From NCBI GenBank assembly GCA_964291285.2, contig OZ219787.1:288001-352000 (forward strand): a stretch of DNA of 64,000 bases. The letters run 5' to 3'. This DNA is from Alphaproteobacteria bacterium. Its GTDB lineage: Bacteria > Pseudomonadota > Alphaproteobacteria > Bin95. Each line of letters opens with the position of its first letter. Position 1 is the first letter of the stretch. The notes beneath the pieces were generated by a model, which was given only the letters and a program-made list of their open reading frames with translations, did no database searches and was not told the DNA's origin. This document shows, in pieces, positions 18,001 to 28,037 of the stretch. The position numbers were made by a program, and so were the translations under genes.

Positions 18001-18864
18001 CTATCCCTTCTCCACCGTGCGCCGCTCGATATCCAGCAGCACTTCCAGGTCGATGTCCTCGTGCAGCTCGTCCTGGAGCGCGCGCCAGCCTTCGGGCGTA
18101 TGGGCGGCGGAGGAGAAGGAGGTTGCCATTTCGCGGTAGAGCGCCTTCGACCTCTCGTAGAGGGCGAGGAACTGGGTCTGCGGGTCGGCGATGATCTTCC
18201 AGCCCATGTCGGCCATTTCCTGCGCGGAGATGCCGATATCGGCCATGCCGCCGGGGCTGGCGAGATACATGAGCGGCCCGCCGAGCCGCTCGGCGACGAA
18301 GCGCGCCTCCTCGGCATTGCGCGGCGAGAGCAGCAGCAGGTCGGCGCCGGCGGCGCGGTAGGCCTCGGCGCGGGCGAGCGCATCGTCCATGTTCGAGGCC
18401 CTGACCGCATTGGTGCGCGCGACGATCAGCAGGTCCTCGCCGCGCCGGGCCCGCACCGCTTCGGCGACCTTCGCTGCCATGATCTCCTTCTCCACCATGT
18501 GCTCCAGCCCGACATGGTGGTGGGCGCGCTTCGGCAGCCACTGGTCCTCGATCTCGATGGCCTGGAAGCCGGCCGCCTCGCTCATGGCGATGGTCCGGCG
18601 CATGTGCATCGGGTCGCCGAAGCCGGCGGCGGCGTCGAAGATGAGCGGCAGCGGCGTCGCCGCGCCGATCTCGATGGCCGCCTGGCACATTTCGGTGACC
18701 GTCAGCGTGGCCTCCAGGTAGATCTTCAGGTAGCCGGTCGCGCCGCCGCCGAGATAGATGGCGCGGAACCCGGCATTCTCGGCCAGCTTCGCCATCAGCG
18801 GGTTCAGCACCAGCGGCGCCAGCACGGGCTCCGGGCCGGCAATCATGTCGCGCAGCTTCGCCAT
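18001..18864 (-). CDS. Isocitrate lyase / PEP mutase superfamily protein
   Basis: AGFRAIYLGG, PLIFDAAAGFG, IEDQ..PKR, IVARTNA, RAEAYRAAGAD; start at ATG 18864. Confidence 0.88.
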   Translation of the reverse strand: MAKLRDMIAGPEPVLAPLVLNPLMAKLAENAGFRAIYLGGGATGYLKIYLEATLTVTEMCQAAIEIGAATPLPLIFDAAAGFGDPMHMRRTIAMSEAAGFQAIEIEDQWLPKRAHHHVGLEHMVEKEIMAAKVAEAVRARRGEDLLIVARTNAVRASNMDDALARAEAYRAAGADLLLLSPRNAEEARFVAERLGGPLMYLASPGGMADIGISAQEMADMGWKIIADPQTQFLALYERSKALYREMATSFSSAAHTPEGWRALQDELHEDIDLEVLLDIERRTVEKG

Positions 18865-18994
18865 TCCTCGGCTTCTCCTCGGCGGGGGACTCGTGCGAGT
18901 CTGCCGCTCCCGCCGCCGCCGGACAAGCAGGGCCGGCCGGGGAGTTGCGTTGAAACCGGGTCCCGTCATGCCCCGAACCGCCATGCCCTCATAT

Positions 18995-19176
18995 CGTCAT
19001 GCCCGGACGCCCCTCTCCGTCACCCCGGACTTGATCCGGGGTCCATCCCTGACCGTTTGCGCCCGCCGCGGCCGTTCGAGGCGGGATACAACCGTCTGCG
19101 CCTGCCGAGAGAGCCGGAGCTGGACCCCGGATCAAGTCCGGGGTGACGGGTGGGGCAGGCAGGTCCGGGCATGACG
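18995..19176. repeat. Nested REPIN-like element
   Basis: Perfect 29-bp IR 19017-19045/19121-19149 inside a 14-bp IR (cgtcatgcccggac/gtccgggcatgacg); same family as 17809-17963. Confidence 0.82.
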
Positions 19177-19205
19177 GAGGGGCGGCGAAAGGGACGCGGC
19201 TGCCG

Positions 19206-20591
19206 ATGACCGGCGCAGACATCGCCATCGTCGGGCTGGGCCCCGTGGGCGCGACACTCGCCAACCTGCTGGGACGCCTCGGCCTCCGGGTCGATGTGTT
19301 CGAGCGCGACCTGAGTCCCTACGCGCTGCCGCGCGCGGTGCATTTCGACGACGAGGCGATGCGCGTCTTCCAGGCCGTCGGCCTCGCCGAAGAGGTTGCC
19401 GCGGGCACGCATGTCTCGCCCGGCACGCTGTTCGTGGACGGCGAAGGGCGGGTGATGCTCGACTGGTCGCGGCGGATGGAAGAGGGGCCGCAGGGCTGGC
19501 ACGAGAGCTACCGCTTCCACCAGCCGACGCTGGAGGGCGTGCTGCGCGCCGGGCTGGAGCGGTTCGCGCATGTCCGGGTGCGGCTCGGCCATGAAGTCCG
19601 GGACCCGGAGGCGCTGGAGGCGCGCTATGTCGTCGGCTGCGACGGGGCGCGCTCGGGCGTGCGCGCGGCCATCGGCGGCGGCAGCGAGGACCTGGGCTTC
19701 CACGAGCGCTGGCTGGTGATCGACCTGCTCCTGAAGCGCCCGCGCCCCGACCTCGGCGACTACACGAGGCAGTTCTGCGATCCCGTGAGGCCCGCGACCT
19801 ATGTGCGCACCACCGGCGACCGCCGGCGCTGGGAAATCCGGGTCGAGGAGGGCGAGGGCGACGATGCCGGAACGGTCTGGCGGCTGCTCGCGCCCTGGAT
19901 CGGCCCGGAGGATGCGGAGATCGAGCGCGCCGTCATCTACACCTTCCACGCCACCGTCGCGCGGCGCTGGCGGCGGGGGCGGCTGTTCATCGCCGGCGAC
20001 GCCGCGCACCAGACGCCGCCCTTCATGGGGCAGGGCATGTGCGCCGGCATCCGCGACGCGGCCAACCTCGCCTGGAAGCTGGCGGCCGTCCTGCGGGGCG
20101 GCGCGCCGGAGGCCCTGCTGGACAGCTACGCAAGCGAGCGCATTCCCCATGTGCGCGACTATGTGGAGCTTGCCGTGCGCATGGGCCGGCTGCTGAATGC
20201 GACCGGCACGGAGGACATGGTGAGCGCCGCAGCCGCGCGGGGCGAGAGCACCGACCGGATGGAGTCGATCCGCCCGCGCCTCGGGCCGGGGCTGCACCGG
20301 GGCGGGGGGCCGCTCGCCGGGCGGCCGGGGCCGCAGCCGCGCCTCGCCGACGGGCGGCGCCTCGACGATGCGGCGGGTCCGGGTCCGGTGCTGCTGCTGC
20401 GCGAGCCGGCGGCGGTGGAGAGTTACGGGGTGCCGGCGGTGGCGGCAGGGGCGGAGTGGCTGGGCGCGCACGGCCTCGCGGCGGCGCTGCTCCGGCCCGA
20501 CCGCTATGTGTTCGGCGTCGCGGCAACACTCGACGAAGCCGCCTCGCTCTGCGAAACCTATGCGGCGGAGACCGGAAGGGCGAACGCATGA
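19206..20591 (+). CDS. FAD-dependent aromatic monooxygenase (MhpA-like)
   Basis: GLGPVG, PRAVHFDDE, VGCDGARS, AGDAAHQTPPFMGQGMCAGIRDAANLAWKL, LRPDRYV. Confidence 0.87.
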   Translation: MTGADIAIVGLGPVGATLANLLGRLGLRVDVFERDLSPYALPRAVHFDDEAMRVFQAVGLAEEVAAGTHVSPGTLFVDGEGRVMLDWSRRMEEGPQGWHESYRFHQPTLEGVLRAGLERFAHVRVRLGHEVRDPEALEARYVVGCDGARSGVRAAIGGGSEDLGFHERWLVIDLLLKRPRPDLGDYTRQFCDPVRPATYVRTTGDRRRWEIRVEEGEGDDAGTVWRLLAPWIGPEDAEIERAVIYTFHATVARRWRRGRLFIAGDAAHQTPPFMGQGMCAGIRDAANLAWKLAAVLRGGAPEALLDSYASERIPHVRDYVELAVRMGRLLNATGTEDMVSAAAARGESTDRMESIRPRLGPGLHRGGGPLAGRPGPQPRLADGRRLDDAAGPGPVLLLREPAAVESYGVPAVAAGAEWLGAHGLAAALLRPDRYVFGVAATLDEAASLCETYAAETGRANA

Positions 20592-21754
20592 AAATCACGA
20601 AGGTGCGGGCGGACTGGCTGCATGTGCCGATCCCGGAAGAGCGGCAGCACCGCAGCGATTTCGGCGTGACGCGCGCCTTCGACTCGACCCTGGTGCGGGT
20701 CGAGACCGACGCCGGCATCACCGGCTTCGGCGAGGCGAAGGCGGCGGTGGGCTCGGCCGGCAACAACATCGCGCTCGCCGCCTGCGTCGAGCGGGAGCTC
20801 GGGCCGCTGCTCGTCGGCGAGGACCCGCGCGACATCTCCCGCCTCTGGGACGTGATGTACAACGGCAGCCGCGCGCACTATGCGATCTCGCGCGGCCATG
20901 TCTTCCCGGTGCTGGGCCGGCGCGGGCTCACCGTCTCGGGGATTTCCGGCATCGACATGGCGCTCTGGGACATTCTCGGCAAGGAGCTGGGCCGGCCCGT
21001 CTGGCAGCTGATCGGCGGGCGCCGCCACGCCGCCATGCCGGCCTACGCCTCCGGCGGCTGGGCGCCGACCGCGGGCATCGTCGCCGAGCTCCAGGGCTTC
21101 CTCGACCGGGGCGGCTTCAGGGCGGTGAAGATGCGGGTCGGCTCCGGCGACGGCACGCTCGCCCACTCCATCGAGCGGGTGAAGGCGGCGCGCGAGGGGC
21201 TCGGCCCCGACATCGACATCCTCTGCGACGCCCACGGCACCTTCGCCGTCGCGGAGGCCAAGCGCTTCTGCCGCGCGGTCGCCGACTGCCATATCGGCTG
21301 GCTGGAGGAGCCCGTCACCGCCGACGACAAGGCGGGCCAGGCGGAGGTCCGGGCCTCGACCGACATCCCCATCGCCAGCGGCGAGAGCGAGTTCACCCGC
21401 TTCGCCTTCCGCGACCTGGCGCTGCTGCGCGCGGCCGACATCTTCCAGCCGGACCTGTCCATCGCCGGCGGGGTCACCGAGGCGATCCGCATCGAGGCGC
21501 TGGCCGCGGCCCACCAGATCCGCTTCGCCCCGCATCTCTGGGGCGGCGCCTGCACCTTCGCCGCCGGCCTGCACGTGCTGGCGGCGGCGACGAGCGGCTT
21601 CATCGTCGAATATTCCCTCGGCGCCAACCCGATGCTGCACGAGCTCGCCGTGGAGGACTTCACCGTCGTGGACGGGATGCTGGAGATCCCGGACCGCCCC
21701 GGTCTCGGCGTCACCATCGACGAGGCGTTCGCGGCGAGATACCGGGCGGAATGA
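20588..21754 (+). CDS. Mandelate racemase / muconate lactonizing enzyme family protein
   Basis: GITGFGE, SGIDMALWDI.GK, KMRVG, DAH, WLEEP, GESE, QPD; ATGA overlap with upstream gene. Confidence 0.9.
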   Translation: MKITKVRADWLHVPIPEERQHRSDFGVTRAFDSTLVRVETDAGITGFGEAKAAVGSAGNNIALAACVERELGPLLVGEDPRDISRLWDVMYNGSRAHYAISRGHVFPVLGRRGLTVSGISGIDMALWDILGKELGRPVWQLIGGRRHAAMPAYASGGWAPTAGIVAELQGFLDRGGFRAVKMRVGSGDGTLAHSIERVKAAREGLGPDIDILCDAHGTFAVAEAKRFCRAVADCHIGWLEEPVTADDKAGQAEVRASTDIPIASGESEFTRFAFRDLALLRAADIFQPDLSIAGGVTEAIRIEALAAAHQIRFAPHLWGGACTFAAGLHVLAAATSGFIVEYSLGANPMLHELAVEDFTVVDGMLEIPDRPGLGVTIDEAFAARYRAE

Positions 21755-22716
21755 CCACGGTCGCGGTCATCGGCGCGGGCGTTGCCGGCCTGACCGCCGC
21801 CACGGTGTTGGCCGAGCGCGGCGCGGCCGTCTCGGTGGTGGACCGCAGCCCCGGCCCCGGGCCGGACCAGTGCTCCTGGTACGCCGGCGGCATGCTGGCG
21901 CCCTGGTGCGAGCGCGAGAACGCCGAGCCGGAAGTCGTGGCGCTCGGCCGGGAAGCGGCGGACTTCTGGGCCGCGCGGGTGCCGGGCGTGGTCCGGCGCG
22001 GCAGCCTGGTGATCGCGCCGGCGCGCGACAGCGGCGAACTCCGGCGCTTCGCCCGGCGCACGGAGAACTTCGAATGGCTCGACAGGGACGGCATCGACGG
22101 GCTGGAGCCGGCGCTGGAAGGGCGGTTCGCGCGCGCGCTGTTCTTCGGCGGGGAGGCCCATCTCGATCCGCGCCTGGCCCTTCGGGCGCTGGTCGAAAAG
22201 CTGGAGGCGTCGGGCGTCGAGGTCCGCTACGGCACGGAGGCCGTTCCGGAAGCCGAGTGGACCGTGGACTGCCGGGGGCTCGCCGCGACGGACCGCCTGC
22301 CGGAGCTGCGCGGCGTCAAGGGCGAGATGCTCTATATCCGCAGTCCGGAGGTGGCGCTGACCCGCACGGTGCGCCTTATCCATCCCCGCATCCCGATCTA
22401 TCTCGTGCCGCGCGGCGACGGCATGTACATGCTGGGCGCGACCACCATCGAGAACGACGAGCGCAAGCGCATCACGGCGCGCTCCGTCGTGGAGCTGCTG
22501 AGCGCCGTCTATGCGCTGCACCCGGCCTTCGGCGAGGCGGAGGTGGTCGAGATCGGCACCGATGCGCGCCCGGCCTTCCCCGACAACCTCCCCCGGCTTG
22601 TCCGCGACGGAAGGCGGCTCCATGTAAACGGCCTCTACCGCCACGGTTTCCTGCTCGCGCCGGCGATGGCGGCCAGGGCGGCGGACATCGTGCTCGGCGA
22701 AGGAGCGGCGCCATGA
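21751..22716 (+). CDS. thiO: Glycine oxidase ThiO
   Basis: GAGVAG, CSWYAGGMLAPWCE, LRGVKGEM, NGLYRHGFLLAP; upstream of thiS-thiG. Confidence 0.9.
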   Translation: MTTVAVIGAGVAGLTAATVLAERGAAVSVVDRSPGPGPDQCSWYAGGMLAPWCERENAEPEVVALGREAADFWAARVPGVVRRGSLVIAPARDSGELRRFARRTENFEWLDRDGIDGLEPALEGRFARALFFGGEAHLDPRLALRALVEKLEASGVEVRYGTEAVPEAEWTVDCRGLAATDRLPELRGVKGEMLYIRSPEVALTRTVRLIHPRIPIYLVPRGDGMYMLGATTIENDERKRITARSVVELLSAVYALHPAFGEAEVVEIGTDARPAFPDNLPRLVRDGRRLHVNGLYRHGFLLAPAMAARAADIVLGEGAAP

Positions 22717-22916
22717 CGGTCCGCATCGACCTCAACGGGGAGCCCGTGTCCACGGAGGCCGCGACGCTTGCCGACCTTCTGGACGAAAAGGGCTATAACG
22801 GGGCCGTGGTGGCGACGGCGCTCAACGGCACCTTCCTCCCGAAGGGGCTGCGGGCGGCGGCGCCGCTTTCCGACGGCGACGCGGTCGAAATCGTGGCGCC
22901 GATGCAGGGAGGCTGA
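22713..22916 (+). CDS. thiS: Sulfur carrier protein ThiS
   Basis: 67 aa, VATALNG, C-terminal EIVAPMQGG. Confidence 0.93.
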   Translation: MTVRIDLNGEPVSTEAATLADLLDEKGYNGAVVATALNGTFLPKGLRAAAPLSDGDAVEIVAPMQGG

Positions 22917-22922
22917 CCGGCC

Positions 22923-23699
22923 TTGGACTTCTACGGCTTCGAGCCCTCGTCGCGCCTGTTCCTGGGCACGGCGCAATATCCCTCCCCGGCGGTGCTGGGC
23001 GAGGCGATCCGCGCGTCCGGCGTGGAGGTCGTCACCGTGTCGCTGCGGCGCGAGTCCGGGGCGGCGCGCGCGGGCCAGGGCTTCTGGGAGCTGATCCGCT
23101 CGCTCGGCGTGCGCGTGCTGCCCAACACCGCCGGCTGCCACAGCGTCCGCGAGGCGGTGACGACGGCCGAGATGGCCCGCGAGGTGTTCGAGACCGACTG
23201 GATCAAGCTGGAGGTGATCGGCGAGGATGACACGCTCCAGCCCGACGTGTTCGGCCTGGTGGAAGCGGCGCGCGTCCTCACCGACTCCGGCTTCAAGGTG
23301 TTCCCCTATACGACCGAGGACCTCGTCGTGGCCGAGCGGCTGCTCCAGGCCGGCTGCGAGGTGCTGATGCCCTGGGGCGCGCCCATCGGCAGCGGGCGCG
23401 GCCTCAACAACGTCTTCGCGCTGCGCGCCATGCGCGCGCACTTCCCCGATGTGCCGCTGGTGGTGGACGCCGGCATCGGCCTGCCGAGCCATGCGGCCGC
23501 GGCGATGGAGCTCGGCTACGACGCCGTGCTGCTGAACACGGCCGTCGCCAGGGCGGGCGACCCGGCCCGGATGGCGGCGGCCTTCGCGCAGGCGGTCGCC
23601 GCCGGCCGCACGGCGTGGGAAGCCGACCCGATGGAGCCCCGCGACATGGCCCGGCCCTCCACGCCCGTCATCGGGCGGGCCGTGCTCGGCGATGCTTGA
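22923..23699 (+). CDS. thiG: Thiazole synthase
   Basis: [40 protein letters not shown]. Confidence 0.95.
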   Translation: MDFYGFEPSSRLFLGTAQYPSPAVLGEAIRASGVEVVTVSLRRESGAARAGQGFWELIRSLGVRVLPNTAGCHSVREAVTTAEMAREVFETDWIKLEVIGEDDTLQPDVFGLVEAARVLTDSGFKVFPYTTEDLVVAERLLQAGCEVLMPWGAPIGSGRGLNNVFALRAMRAHFPDVPLVVDAGIGLPSHAAAAMELGYDAVLLNTAVARAGDPARMAAAFAQAVAAGRTAWEADPMEPRDMARPSTPVIGRAVLGDA

Positions 23700-24315
23700 C
23701 CCGTTCTACCCGATCTTCGACAGCGCGGCATGGTGCGAACGGCTGGTGCCGCACGGCATCCGGCTGGTGCAGTTGCGCATCAAGGACCGGGCGGAAGCCG
23801 AACTGCGCACCGAGATACGCGCGGCGAAGGCGGTCTGCGCGGCGCACGATTGCCGGCTCATCGTCAACGACTACTGGAAGCTCGCCATCGAGGAGGGCTG
23901 CGATTTCGTCCATCTCGGCCAGGAGGACCTGGACGGGGCGGACCTCGATGCGGTCCGGGCCGCCGGCCTCAGCCTCGGCGTCAGCACGCATGACGATGAG
24001 GAGCTGGAGCGGGCGCTGGCGCTCGCGCCCGATTATGTGGCGCTCGGGCCGGTCTATCCGACGATCCTGAAGGCGATGCGCTTCGGCCCGCAGGGGCTGG
24101 AGCGGGTCGGCGAGTGGAAGCGGCGGGTGGGCGCCCTGCCGCTGGTCGCCATCGGCGGCCTGACGGTGGAGCGCGCGCCCGGCGTGCTGGAGGCCGGCGC
24201 CGACATCCTCTCCGCCGTCACCGACATCACCCTCAACCCCGACCCGGAAGTGCGGGTGCGCGAGTGGCTGGCGGCCACCCGCGCCGATCAATCGACGATG
24301 CCGTTGAGCGCGTAG
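23692..24315 (+). CDS. thiE: Thiamine phosphate synthase
   Basis: [39 protein letters not shown]; stop lies inside the phnA 3' duplicate. Confidence 0.93.
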   Translation: MLDPFYPIFDSAAWCERLVPHGIRLVQLRIKDRAEAELRTEIRAAKAVCAAHDCRLIVNDYWKLAIEEGCDFVHLGQEDLDGADLDAVRAAGLSLGVSTHDDEELERALALAPDYVALGPVYPTILKAMRFGPQGLERVGEWKRRVGALPLVAIGGLTVERAPGVLEAGADILSAVTDITLNPDPEVRVREWLAATRADQSTMPLSA

Positions 24316-24530
24316 TCGAACGCCTCGTAGCTGTGCAGCCGCCTTTCCTCGGCGCGGCGGGCGTAACCGTCGCTCACCGGGCGGCTCAGGATGATCGGCA
24401 CGTCGGCCTCGTGCAGGCTGCCATGGGTGCGCAGCCGGTGGCTCTTGAGGCCGCTCAGGTCATGGTCCGCCTCCCGGCCCCCGATGACGGTGCGCGCGTC
24501 GGCCAGAACCGCAAGGTCCCCTTCGCGGCC
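24288..24530 (-). pseudogene. Displaced copy of the phnA 3' end (243 bp)
   Basis: Ungapped match to 28038-28280 at offset 3750; 23 mismatches by manual count. Confidence 0.9.
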
Positions 24531-25007
24531 GCCCGGCCCGGCGCGCGGCTCGACGCGGACGCAGTCAAGGCCCATGCGCTGGCTTCGGCGCCCGCCTACA
24601 TGCGCCCCGCCGGGTGCACTCCCTCGACGAATTGCCGCTCGCCAGCACCAACAAGGTGGACCGCGCCGCGCTCACATCGCAGGCGGCCGCCGAGGAAGGT
24701 GCGGCGGGCGTTGCCGAATAGCGAGGCCGTCGTGAGCGATCGCGAACGAAAGGACTTTGACCTGCAAGACCTGCGGGCGCACTTGACCACAGGGTCGAGC
24801 AAGTAAGGTCCGGCGAACTCGCCGAGGGAGACGGCAGCAGGCCATCCGCCGCGCCTTTGGCGCTGTCCGTGCCCGATTCCGAGACAGCCGATTCCTGACG
24901 CCTCTTATCTCGGGCGGCCTGACCTACACAGCTGCCAGGAGCGGTACCTGTAAGGCGATTACCCTATCTGTACATCTAACCATTTATTGACTACCCACCA
25001 CCTTACC

Positions 25008-26682
25008 CTACTTTACCCGCAGGTCCAAGACCTGAAGACCCGTCAGATATTTGACATTCAAGTCCCGAATATTGCTTCCCGAAATACGACTTAATGGTAA
25101 CTCTATAAGCGTCGAAAAATTCTCCCACAATACCGGCGCTATGGTAACTCTGTATTCAGTTTTTCCATCCAATTTTTTGATCCGATCTGCATCCGATTCT
25201 GGTACAAAGGCAATCAAGTTTATATCACCTCCCTTATGGTGATGAACCTCAATGAATTGTCCTGGCACTCGATTGCCTTTATGTGATTTCGTGCTAAGCG
25301 GACTTTCGATACGCAATCTTATATCCAGATCAAAAAAGGATATAAAAGAGTAAGTGCCCGGAGTGGAATCTCTTAGTTCCTTATCCGACTCAATAGTTCT
25401 AATCTCCTTCAACATGTATTTGGAACGTAATTTTTCAACCTTCTCGGCAACAATATCTTCCGACAAGCCATAATGTACAACTAAATTAACAGGCTTCTTC
25501 GGCCTTTCTGAAGCCCCCGGCTCTGTGCTCACTGGTTTCTCAATAAGGTCCTTCTCAACGACTACAGGTCTTGTAGAAGAAACTTCATTCTCATTTGACT
25601 CATCTTCATCATCGCCTAGGTCCTGTGGACGGATTTGATCAAGATGAAGGCAGCGGCGAGTGCGACGAAGGAGCTGAAGTTTGTGGCGGTCTTTTCGCAG
25701 CGCAGGGCGATGCGTTTGAAGCGTTTGAGCTTGCCGACGGCCTGTTCGATGCGCGCCCGTCCTCTGTAGAGCGCGCTTGCGAAGCGCTTTGGCCTGTTTT
25801 TGATGTTCTTCCGGTAGGGAATGACGGTCAGGGCGCCTCTTTTCCGGGCGAGTTGGCGGTTTCCGGCGCTGTCATAGCCCTTGTCGGCGACGATGGCGCG
25901 GGGCCGGACATCGGGGCCGATGTCCATCAGGGTCTCGAAATGCGGACTGTCGGCTGCCTCGCCGCCGGTCAGGTCGAAGGCGATCGGCAGGCCGTCGAAA
26001 TCGGTCTTCAGGTGGATTTTGGTGCTGAAACCGCCCCGCGAGCGTCCAAGCGCCTGACCCTGCTGCCCCCTTTTGCGCCGGCCGCCGATACATGCGCGCG
26101 GGTCACGGTCGAATCGAACATCTGAACCAGGTGCGCCGTGCTGCTCAAATCCGCCAGCGTGGCGAAAAAGTCCTCGAACACCCCTGAACGGCTCAGACGG
26201 TGAAAACGCCGCCATACCGTATTCCAGTGCCCGAACCGCTCCGGCAGCGCCCGCCAGGTGATGTTGTGAACCGCAAAGAAGTGCAGCGCCTCCAGAAACA
26301 GACGGTCGTCCTTCGCCTTCGCACCCCGCCTCGGAAGGCAAAGCCGGAAAACCTCCAGCGCAACCTCCCAGTCTCCATTCGTCATCTTCGTCGACATCAA
26401 CGAAACCCCCGAATCGCCGACGCCTCATGATTCAGACAAATCCTCGCACGGGAATCCCTGAACACGCTCCTGAGTCAATACGTCCACAGGGCCTAAGGGT
26501 TGATGAATATTTTCTGCCTTCTTCGTGTATTCTACAAGTCCCCACAACACTTTTACGTCAGTGCCAGGTTCGGCAGTGAAATGCGCTAATACCCAAACAA
26601 GTATGGCCAGAAAAATTGCAATAATAATTGATAGTAAAACTCCAATCTTTTGTGCTATTTCTTGGAAAATACTGGCAGCCAT
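25008..26682 (-). pseudogene. Membrane-anchored hypothetical protein (~265 aa) interrupted by an IS
   Basis: Removing 25619-26493 and one TA joins ...NIHQPL to GDDEDESNENEV... in frame; N-terminal TM segment IGVLLSIIIAIFLAILVWVLA. Confidence 0.8.
25619..26493 (-). mobile_element. IS5 family (IS427-like) element, 875 bp, two-ORF transposase joined by frameshift
   Basis: IRs GGTCCTGTGGACG/GGCCCTGTGGACG; TA duplicated at 25617-18 and 26494-95; orfA WRALPERFGHWNTV, orfB GRSRGGFSTKIH, ADKGYDS; AAAAGGGGG slippery site at 26066-26074. Confidence 0.92.
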
Positions 26683-26729
26683 TTTATTCGCCTAAGTGCG
26701 CAATAGGCCTTGCTTCTTGTTGATCTCTA

Positions 26730-27660
26730 GAGCCTGACCCAAAAAGAGTTGAGCGGTTTCAAGGGATTGTGATTCAGTTCGGTTATGCATCTGAACGGAG
26801 CCACGAATGCCCTGGACCGAAACCGCTCGCCGGGAGTATCGGCGGGACTGCCCACGATATGCAAGCGATCTGACCGACGCTGAGTGGTCTCTGATCGAGC
26901 CCTTCATGCCGTTGCCCTGCCGTATCGGTCGCCCGCGCCAGACCGATCTGCGCGAGGTCGTAAATGCGGTGCTGTATATGGCCACGACCGGTTGTCAGTG
27001 GCGCCAGCTGCCGAAGGACTTTCCGCCGGTCTCGACGGTGCAGCGCTATTTCTACGAGTGGCGCGACAACAGGCTGTGGCAGACGATCCGGTTCCACCTG
27101 GCCGTGCAGGCGCGCGAACGCGAGGGGCGCGAGGCCCAGCCGAGCGCGGGCGTGATCGACAGCCAGACGGTGAAAACCACGGAGGCAGGCGGGGTTAGCG
27201 GCTATGACGCCGGCAAGAAGGTCAAAGGGCGCAAGCGCCACGCTGTCGTCGACACCATCGGCATGCTCTTCGGCCTCGTCGTACATGCCGCCGACGTTCA
27301 GGACCGCGACGGCGCCCCGGCCGTGCTGAAATCCATCCGCCACGCCTGCCCCTGGCTGCGTCATCTGTTCGCCGATGGCGGATATGCCGGGCCGAAACTG
27401 CGCGGCGCCCTCGACAGGATCGGCAAGTGGACGCTCGAAATCGTCAAACGCTCCGACACCGCCAACGGCTTCGAAGTCCTCCCCGGACGATGGGTCGTCG
27501 AACGCACCTTCGCATGGCTCGGGCGCTGCCGCAGGCTGGCAAAAGACTGGGAAAAATCCATCGCCTCAAGCGAAGCATGGATCAACATCGCCCATATCCG
27601 GCTCACAACACGCCGACTCGCAAGGCCTTGAAAAACTTCAGCGAGTTTCGAGTCAGGCTC
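26730..27660 (+). mobile_element. IS5 family (IS1031-like) element
   Basis: IRs GAGCCTGACCCAAAA/GAGCCTGACTCGAAA, inserted at a CTAG site (TA or CTAG duplication). Confidence 0.9.
26807..27631 (+). CDS. IS5 family transposase
   Basis: YASDLTDAEW, GCQWRQLPKDFPP, IDSQTVK, GYDAGKKVKGRKRH, ADGGY, WVVERTFAW. Confidence 0.95.
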   Translation: MPWTETARREYRRDCPRYASDLTDAEWSLIEPFMPLPCRIGRPRQTDLREVVNAVLYMATTGCQWRQLPKDFPPVSTVQRYFYEWRDNRLWQTIRFHLAVQAREREGREAQPSAGVIDSQTVKTTEAGGVSGYDAGKKVKGRKRHAVVDTIGMLFGLVVHAADVQDRDGAPAVLKSIRHACPWLRHLFADGGYAGPKLRGALDRIGKWTLEIVKRSDTANGFEVLPGRWVVERTFAWLGRCRRLAKDWEKSIASSEAWINIAHIRLTTRRLARP

Positions 27661-28037
27661 TAGTGTGTCAAGAAGTTTTGCAAACATCATCGCTAGTTGT
27701 GATGTACTCACCATAATCGCTTATGGTGGCTGAAGGAGTTGTCGGGCTCGTGCCACGATCTACTCTCTGACTGTAGTTACCCGTTCGACACACGCGCAAT
27801 CAAATGTGCTTCGAAAGGGCTTTCATCTCCGCCTAGTCGGCGAAGTGCCTTTATGACCGCCCTCCACATGTCCTTCCCTTCCTCTTGTGCACGATTTCGA
27901 AGACTCTCCGGCAGCGCTGGTACATCGTCTTCACCAGCATCATCCAATGAAGGTTATGTCAAGCATATCGTCGAGCCGCGAATGGTTCCAGCTTTGTTAA
28001 GGACGGTAGTCGGACGCCGCCGGCATAAGGCTTCAAC

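Larger units (their letters stand above)
24531..28037. mobile_element. Low-GC islet integrated in phnA; no integrase seen
   Basis: AT-rich DNA bounded by the phnA 3' duplication; contains two IS5-family elements and gene remnants. Confidence 0.7.

Noticed and set aside
26692-27714. ORF rejoined across the second IS (MVSTSQLAMMFAKLLDTLEINKKQGLLRT)
   Set aside because: Only 29 aa with an in-frame stop just upstream; cannot be supported as a gene.
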